A program made the position numbers and the translations under genes. Shown here in pieces: positions 46,826 through 64,000 of a DNA stretch of 64,000 bases (positions are counted from its first letter, which is position 1; every line of letters begins with the position of its first letter). The stretch comes from the human T2T-CHM13v2.0 reference genome, Homo sapiens, in NCBI RefSeq assembly GCF_009914755.1, contig NC_060939.1. One strand, written 5' to 3'. The notes beneath the pieces are model-generated. The model saw only the letters and a program-made list of their open reading frames with translations. It was not told the DNA's origin and searched no databases.

Positions 46826-48013
46826 TAAGAAGATAATACATAAATATACCTGTGGACACTTCTAGTTTGCTGAATACTGAGTAGCAAAAAGAAGGAAGTC
46901 AAAGGAGAGCTAATATTACAGTGTGCAGTAAAATCAAAATGCATCAGTAATTTTGTGTCTTAATTAAGAAAGACCTAACATTTAGGAAGCATCAAGATTT
47001 TCTGAGTTTGAATTGTTAGTTGAAAGAAGATATGTAGTAACATAGCAGGTGTTGTTAAAGTGAAGCTTACATATACCAAAGCCTCAGAGAATGATACTAA
47101 TATGGTTAAGAACCCTGCCTTCAGAGCCCTTTGGGACCAGAAATTAGACTCTCTATATACCCAAAGATCAGCAATAATTTTTTTTAATTAACATGGACTT
47201 TTTTTTTTTTTGAGAGATAGGTTCTCGCTCTGTTGCCTGAAACGTGGTAGTGCAATCATAGCTCACCGCAGCTTCAAACTCCTAGGCTCAAGCAGTTCTT
47301 TTGCCTCAGCCTCCCAAGTAGCTAGGATTATAGGTGTGAGCCACTGCATCTGGACAACACTGACTATTTTTTAGAGTAGTTTTAGGTTCATAGCAAAATT
47401 GAGCAGAAGGTACAGAGAATAATAAGCTTTTATTTACTAAATTTATAGCAGTTAGACATGTAAACCAGGCTGTTTTTTTAATCTCTTATTTCTTTCCTGG
47501 TATCAATTTATCAATAATCAGAATGTTACTTGGTGGTTCTAGAATTAGGATATAGGGAGTGTATGGTCCCAAAGGCTATTTCATCCAGATCATGATGAAG
47601 CTTGGTTAATAACCAGCCCCACAACAGAGAAAACCCCTAATAAATGGGTTAATTTTGTATTCTCTAGTTCCAGTATATCTCTGCTGATTTCCATTGAGAG
47701 AAAATTTAAAACTGAAGAATAAAACTTAGGTTAGTTTCTGATAAAACTAGATAATGTTATAATGATGACTGAAGGAAGATGCAGAATGTCTTTTTTGGAA
47801 ATTTGTGAATAAAAGATGTGGGGTGACTGGAGGAGGGAAAAGAAGGCAGAATATAAGTAACAAAGAATGGATAAAACGATTCTATTTTTGATTTATTAAT
47901 TTTTTTAAAGATTATTTTTAAAATTTCTTTTTTTTTTTCTGTTGTAGTGGAAATACTGTCCTTGAGTTGAGGAAGAATAGGTATACTTTATCTGGCATCT
48001 AAGTTAATAATGA

Positions 48014-48316
<303 letters not shown>

Positions 48317-48400
48317 TAGGGTAGAGAAGTATTTTTACCATCTCTTTTAATTCCTCTTGAATATTTAGCCATGGTCTATATATGCTGTCTGAGAACATAA

Positions 48401-48529
<129 letters not shown>

Positions 48530-48636
48530 TGAGTGTGGTTTTTGGATATTTTGAAGTGGGAATTATTAAGGGTGGGCAGAGGCACCTATTCTACTTCCCA
48601 AAGGCAGTTTCTTCTTTATGAAGATGAAAGTAACCA

Positions 48637-52344
<3,708 letters not shown>

Positions 52345-52940
52345 CAGTGTATGGTCTTTTCTAACTGGTTTCTTTCACTTAGGGTAGTGTTTTCAAGGTT
52401 CATCCACGTTGTGACATGTATCAGTACTTCATTATTTTTTATTGCCAAGTAGTATTCCGTTGTGTGGCTTCACAACATTTTATTTAACCATTCATCAGTT
52501 GATACAAATTTTAATTGTTTTCATTTTTTGGCTATTATGGATAATGCTGCTGTGAATACCGTGTATACATTTTTGTGTGGACATGTGTTTTCGTTTTTCT
52601 TGGCTGTATACCTAGGAGAGGAATTGCTGGATCGTGTGATTAACTCCATGTTTAATATTTTGAGGAACTGTCAAATTGTTTTCCAAAAAAGCTGTACCAT
52701 TTTACCTTCTCACATTCCCCTAATGTACGAGTACTCCAATTCCTTCCCAACACTTGTTATTATGCTTTTTTGGTTATTGTCATTCTAACAGAGATGTGAA
52801 GTGGTATTTCGCTGGTTTTGATTTGCATTTTCCTGGTGACTAATGATGTTGAGCCTATTTTCATAGGTTTATTGGCCTTTTGTATATCTTCTTTGGAGAA
52901 ATGACTGTTTAAATCCTTGGCCTATTTTTCCTTTGGATTA

Positions 52941-54200
<1,260 letters not shown>

Positions 54201-54202
54201 TA

Positions 54203-57390
<3,188 letters not shown>

Positions 57391-57863
57391 GGGAAACTTT
57401 TTAAGCATGTAAATGCTTGGACCCTACCATTACAGTTTTTGATTCACTGAGTCTGGGAAGGACCGGTATCTTTAGTTGTACAAAGGTATATAAGAAAATA
57501 AAAGGTATATAAGTTATTCTGATCCACAGGGTTGAAAATACCTGCTATATCATGGTTGAGGTATCTTATACTTCATTCTTTTAAAAGCTATGCTGCCACT
57601 CTGATTCTTCCCCCTCAGCTGAGCACCTTGGACTTAATATTATTAGGTTCCTAATGCTATATTCTTAACTCTAATTCTTTTGGATACTAAACCATGAAAA
57701 ATGGATTGTATTGCATAGGTTAATTTCTTTTTATATACTGGTTATGATGAGGATATGGTATTAAGATTTGCTTTCACCTATAAGTAATATAAGCTACTTG
57801 ATTATCCCACTTATGGCTAATTTCCTTCCTTATCATAGCAGAGGTGGTACTCAGAACATAATT

Positions 57864-59320
57864 TTATTTTCCTTTTTTTTACATTTCAATAGGTTTTGGG
57901 GAACAGGTGGTGTTTGGTTACACAAATAAGTTACTTAGCGGTTATTTCTGAAATTTTGGTGCACCCGTCACCTGAGCAGTGTACACTGTACCCGATGTGT
58001 AGTCTTTTAACCCTTACTCCCCCCATCCTTTCCCCCAAATCCCCAAAGTCCATTGTATCATTTTTATGGCTTTGTGTCCTTATAGCTTAGCTCCCACTTA
58101 TAAGTGAGAACATATGATGTTTGGTTTTCCATTCCTCAGTTACGTCACTTAGAATAATGGTCTCCAATTCCATCCAGGTTGCTTCAAATGCCATTTTTTT
58201 GTTCCTTTTTGTGGCTGAGTAGTATTTCATGGTAGATATATACCACATTTTCTTTATCCATGCATTGATTGATGGGCATTTGGGCTGGTTCCATATTTTT
58301 GCAGTTGTGAATTATGCTGCTAAAATATGCATGTGCAAGTATCTTTTTCATATAATGACTTCTTTTCCTCTGGGTAGATACCCAGGAGTGGGATTGCTGG
58401 ATCAAATGGTGGATCTACTTTTAGTTCCTTAAGGAATCTCCGTACTGTTTTCCATAGTGGTTGTACGAGTTTACATTCCCCCCAACAGTGTAAACGTGTT
58501 CCCGTTTCACCACATCCATGCCAGTGTCTATTATTTTTTGATTTCTTTATTATGGCCATTCTCACAGGAGTAAGGGGTTATTGCGTTGTGGTTTTGATTT
58601 GCATTTCCCTGATAATTAGTGATGCTGAACATTTTTTCATATGCTCGTTGGCCATTTGTTTATCTTTTGAAAATTGTCTATTCATGTCCTTAGCCCACTT
58701 TTTGATAGGATTGTTTGTTTTTTTCTTGCTGATTTGTTTGAGTTCCTGGTAGATTCTGGATATTAGTCCTTTGTCGGATGCATAGATCGTGAAGATTTTC
58801 TCCCACTCTGTGGGTTGTCTGTTTACTCTGCTGATTATTCCTTTTGCTGTGCAGAAGCTTTTTAGTTTAGTTTAGCCCCATCTAATTATCTTTGTTTTTG
58901 TTGCGTTTGCTTTTGGGTTCTTGGTCATGAAGTCTTTACCGAAGCCAATGTCTAGGAGGGTTTTTCCAGTGTTATCGTCTAGAATTTTTATGGTTTCAGA
59001 TCTTAGATTTAATTAAGTCTTTGATCCACCTTGAGTTGATTTTTTGTATAAGGTGAGAGAGGAGGATCTAGTTTCATTCTCCTACTTGTGACTTGCCAAT
59101 TATCCCAGCACCATTTGTTGAATAGAGTATCTTTCCCCACTTTACGCTTTTGTTTGCTTTGTCAAAGATCAGTTGACTGTGAGTATTTGGCTTTATTTCT
59201 GGGCTCTCTATTCTGTTCCATTGATCTATATGCCTGTTTTTATACCAGTATTATGCTGTTTTGGTGACTATGGCCTTACAGCATAGTTTGAAGTCAGGTA
59301 ATGTAAGGCCTCCAGATTTG
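57864..59320 (-). mobile_element. 5'-truncated L1PB-like element with TSD CAGAACATAATT
   Basis: ORF2 C-terminus ([14 protein letters not shown]) on -; TSD at 57852-57863 and 59321-59332. Confidence 0.9.
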
Positions 59321-59416
59321 CAGAACATAATTATTGATGGCCCTTGTAAATTATTTTTAGCTTCTTTTATCAATCTTATTGATTTTTTTTATTTTGACCC
59401 ATATGAATAATAGTAA

Positions 59417-59680
<264 letters not shown>

Positions 59681-60910
59681 TGAAGAGGACTTAACTTAGT
59701 TGTGTGAAGGTTGAGCTGACCTATTAAGTCTGAAGAAAACTAACCTTATAGTTTGTACCTTTGTATGATGTTTCTATGGTAGTACTGTTTCTTTCTGTGT
59801 ATCAGCCAAAATCCCACTGCTGCCTTCTATGGTTGTACTGTTTCTGTGTATCAGCCAAACTCCCATTGCTGCCTTCCATGAAAACTCCTTGGGGTGTGGG
59901 GGCACTGAGTATGTTTAGAAGTAAAGGAAGAAGTTCTGAACTGTATGAACAATTTATATTCCCCAATACAATAAGCAAGCAGCTATGATCCCTGACATGC
60001 ATATATGTACATTCCATGCATCCCTATTAAGTACTTTTCCTAATGTTATTGCTTGAAATATTTCACTTTACCTTTGATACTTTGTCTGAAATTTCTCCAA
60101 GGGCTTATTTAGATTAACATAGTAGGTCATACTGCAGTGATTTAGATTATAGATATTCGTATTGTTTTTTAAAGACATTATATTTCTAAATTAAAGGAAA
60201 AGGTTTAAAAATTGAGATATGGGGAATTTTTGGGAAACAGGAAGCAGTTCTGATTCTGGAGCCTGGAGTACTTGAAGGCAAGAGGTAGGGCAGAATGGGC
60301 TGGAAAGTAGGGAAGTAAGGCATATGGGGCTTAAGGCATGAGAAGGTGAAGGAGAATAAAGAAGGGTACAGAAAATGAGGTAGGGGAGGGTCCACTTCCA
60401 TTTAGACATTTTTTATTAGGATCTGTAAGGAGAAAGTAATGTTTCTTTTATACATCCGTATCCAGAATAACCTACTAATATAGCTCAGCTCTCTTAACAG
60501 GATGTGGTGTTTGTGGGGTTAGCTGGGAAACTTAACCATCACTTATACTTTGAGGAGCAATCTTTTCTGAGTTCCAGGTGACAACCTGGAAGCAAACTTT
60601 GGTAAAGCAGACTGTTAGTAAGTTTGAAATTGCCTTCATTTGTTACACTAATTAGTGTCATCCAAGATTGTCAAAAGTGCTCTGGGTTCAAATGGAACTT
60701 GTGTGTCTAGGTAGAAGAGAGGGATGGTTGCAAAGCAAGGTGTTGAGTAAGGCTTTTAAAAAAGGAGAACCACTCCAGCAAAGAAATAGGCTAGGAGGGT
60801 GGCCAAATATGAACCAGAAAAGGAACTAGGTATCTAGATAAAAACTGTTTCCTAAGGGAAAAGCTTAGTCTGTACCAGATATATAGAAGGAAAATGAAAG
60901 TCCATTTTAG

Positions 60911-61825
60911 GGCCAGGCACAGTGGCTCACACCTGTAATCCCAGCACTTTGGGAAAAAAAGACCAGCCTGGGCAACATGGTGAATTCTCATCTCTGTGGG
61001 AAAAAGAAAAGGTACATTTTGTTTTCAACTAGCCAAAGAAGGACCTACTCTAGATTACATGGGATTTAATTAGGAATAAGAAGGCATTGACCTCTGAGAA
61101 TTTTTTAATACTCATTTCTATTGTGTTTTTTTTTTTTTTTAAATAGAGAGATGGGATCTCCCTGTGTTGCCCAGGCTGGTCTCAAACTCCTGGGCTCAAG
61201 CTATCCTTCCCACCTTGGCCTTTCAAAGTGCTGGGATTATAGGCATGAGCCACCATGCAGACCTTAATGCTTATTTCTAAGCTGGTCTCTGAATCTATTT
61301 CATGAACTTGTATAAATTCCCATCTGTGTATAAGTTTGTACCCTTACATAAATCCTCATTTCAATAAATGTGGTTTCTAGTTACTGTCAAAAACTGACTT
61401 CAAAGACTTGCCAACTACTTACTCTCAGGGAAAAATACAAGAAAAGAGGAAGCCACAATCAGGGCCTACACAAAGGTTGTTTTTTCTTTGCGTTGCACTT
61501 CCAAATCATTTTTTCCCTCTTCTTTCAAAAACTTTAGCTTCTTTCAGATTTCTGTCCTCTAATTCTTTTCTATCTCCTGAGCCTCCTTAGTGTACTCACC
61601 TCAGACTTTTCAGTCACACTCCATCATTCATTAATTGACTAATAAGCACATGGCTTACTATCTATGCCTCTTTACCCTAACCTGCAAAACCCTGCATGGC
61701 CAAGCATGGTAGCATGTGCCTGTAGTCCCAGCTACTCAGGAGAGTGAGGCAGAAGGATTGAGCCCACAAGTTTGAGACCAGCCTGGGCAATATAGCAAGA
61801 CCCCATCTCCAAAAACAAACAAAAC
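60911..61825. mobile_element. Three Alu monomer fragments in intron 9 (60911-61010 +, 61125-61263 -, ~61700-61825 +)
   Basis: FLAM-like sequence. Confidence 0.75.
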
Positions 61826-62467
61826 TCCATGTGGCTTAGCCTTTACCTACCTCTCCAACCCCATCTTTTTCTATTCACCCTCTTACTATGCTGCAACTAC
61901 ACTGGACTTCCTTTGGATTCTTAGACACAGTGGTCTTTTCCTGCATTGGGGCCTTTGTGCCACCTAGTTTGTTAGCCTAGAATCTTTCCCCAGAACTTTG
62001 GCCCCTTATCATTTAAATTACAGCTTAATACTGTCACTTTATCAGAATGATCTTCCCTGATCACTGGTCTTAAGTAGCCCTCCCTTGGCCTCCATCTCCC
62101 TACCCAGTCAAACATTCTCACGTCACCTATTTTATTCTTTTTCCTAAACTGATTTTCTTGTGTGTGTGTTGCCCCCAAATTTGAATGTTAGTATCACATA
62201 ACCAAGGACTTTGTATTATGTACCACTGAAACCTAAGTACTCAGAGCTGTGCTTGGCACATAGTAGGTATTCAATGTTTTTTTCCTTTTAGTAGAAACCT
62301 GTGTTGTTCAAAGGTATTCTATTTTTTTATTGAATGGATAAAGAATAGAGGCCTAGACCACAAGTTGAGGACCTTATTCCACTTAAATCATTTTCATCTG
62401 TATTAGTAACATATATGTTGAGGAGATGAGCTCCAAAGGCAGTTTTTGACAGAATGAGTTACTATGA

Positions 62468-62680
<213 letters not shown>

Positions 62681-63121
62681 TAGAAGGTTAAAGTCCTCCC
62701 AACCCCCATTTAGAGTTTCTGGTAGTTTCTTAGCTGTTAGTAGCCGGAAAGTTGAGCGGGAAAGTAATTTAACAGGTGACTTCAAATGGAATTTGTGGCA
62801 TGTGAAATAAGTGGTGCAGTTTATTGACTTCTTAGTTATACTCCAAATCATTATGTTATTAATTCTGGCTTAAGCTTTTTATTCTAGCTATGTTCCATTA
62901 AAATGGGATTGCCTAAAGAAATTTAGTATATGCCTGGCACTGCTCAGTTGAGTACAACAGTACTGGTTTAGAGTAGGAATAAAAATTATTGGAAATGACT
63001 TTTGTGGTACACTCATTTTGTACTGTTAGTGGATGTCTAGGGAAAGAGTACAGTAAAGCTAATGTTAGAACTAGAAAATAGCATTTTCTGGATGGGAGGG
63101 ACATTGATTTTGTTTATTTAA

Positions 63122-63247
<126 letters not shown>

Positions 63248-63817
63248 TAAGACTACATAGGTGGAAGGGACAATGCATATAGGAGGGCATTTAGAACCAA
63301 CCTTTGACTCTCTAGTGCCTTGAAGTCTCCTTGACGTTTACAGTATCGAGACATGGTTTTTGTAAGTCTCTGTCACAACATAAGCTTTGATGCTGATGAG
63401 GGAGGACAGAGCATTGACTATTTTCCACTGAAGAAACATGTTTCTTATAGAAACAAATACATATACTGTTTTTAAAAAACAAAATCACCCATTTCTACCA
63501 CTAAGAGATGATTACCATTAACACTGTTCTGTCTCTTCTTTTGTGTTGTATTTTTGTTTTGTTTTATAAAAATGGCAGCTTACCATTTTGTAATCTGCTT
63601 ATACTATTAATGCAACTTGACATCTATTATCAAATATATTTCTGCAACATTTTTGATAACCAAAGCTTCCATCTTCTTTAAGAGAATTTGAATTGACAGT
63701 AATAATTTATCTTAGAGTAAATATTATATTTAATGGAAAAGCCTCTTGGACTTTTAAAAATTAAACAGTTCTTTCTGTGGGTATTGAGCACATGATTTAA
63801 AACAAGTTTCTTTACAG

Positions 63818-63867
63818 AGAAACTTCACTTGCGGAGAACATTTGGCAGGAACAACCTCATTCTAAAG
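63818..63867 (+). CDS. BUB1B: BUB1B exon 12 (c.1518-1567; ETSLAENIWQEQPHSK); gene continues past window end
   Basis: tctttacag acceptor, G|gtgagt donor. Confidence 0.95.
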
Positions 63868-64000
63868 GTGAGTTGTATTTGACAGCCTTGAGAAGAACTT
63901 GCTGATAACAAATGTATTATGTAATAAATGGTAAATATTTTTAATTATGATAAAGGGATTGAAAGACAGGGGGACTAGGATACTAGGAATTTAGTATAAG

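Overview
Human-type (Alu/L1PA-rich primate) genomic DNA. I recognise it as the BUB1B (BubR1 spindle-checkpoint protein) locus from the translated exons; established knowledge places this gene at 15q15.1. Positions 1-~23700 are repeat-dense intergenic sequence: a 5'-inverted L1PA, MaLR/ERVL solo LTRs, many Alus and old L1M. The CpG-island promoter (~23690-24400) carries two ZNF143/Staf sites, a GC box and an adjacent MYB+CHR module. Coding exons 1-12 (c.1-1567, codons 1-522) follow on the + strand, all with GT-AG introns, and the gene continues beyond the window. Most six-frame ORFs are Alu/L1/microsatellite artefacts. I found no new gene system. The best leads are: (i) an overlapping uORF whose stop codon is created by the exon1/exon2 junction, 4 nt before in-frame Met15; (ii) an exon 6-8 block (CDC20-binding motifs) that would form a stop-free circular ORF and is flanked by inverted Alus; (iii) an in-frame exon-3 extension ending at a non-canonical AG|ATAAGT donor; (iv) one target site used by both an L1 and an AluY; (v) palindromic, apparently templated repeat structures in introns 2 and 4. 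Repeat subfamily names are from memory of consensus sequences, and repeat boundaries without a stated TSD are approximate.
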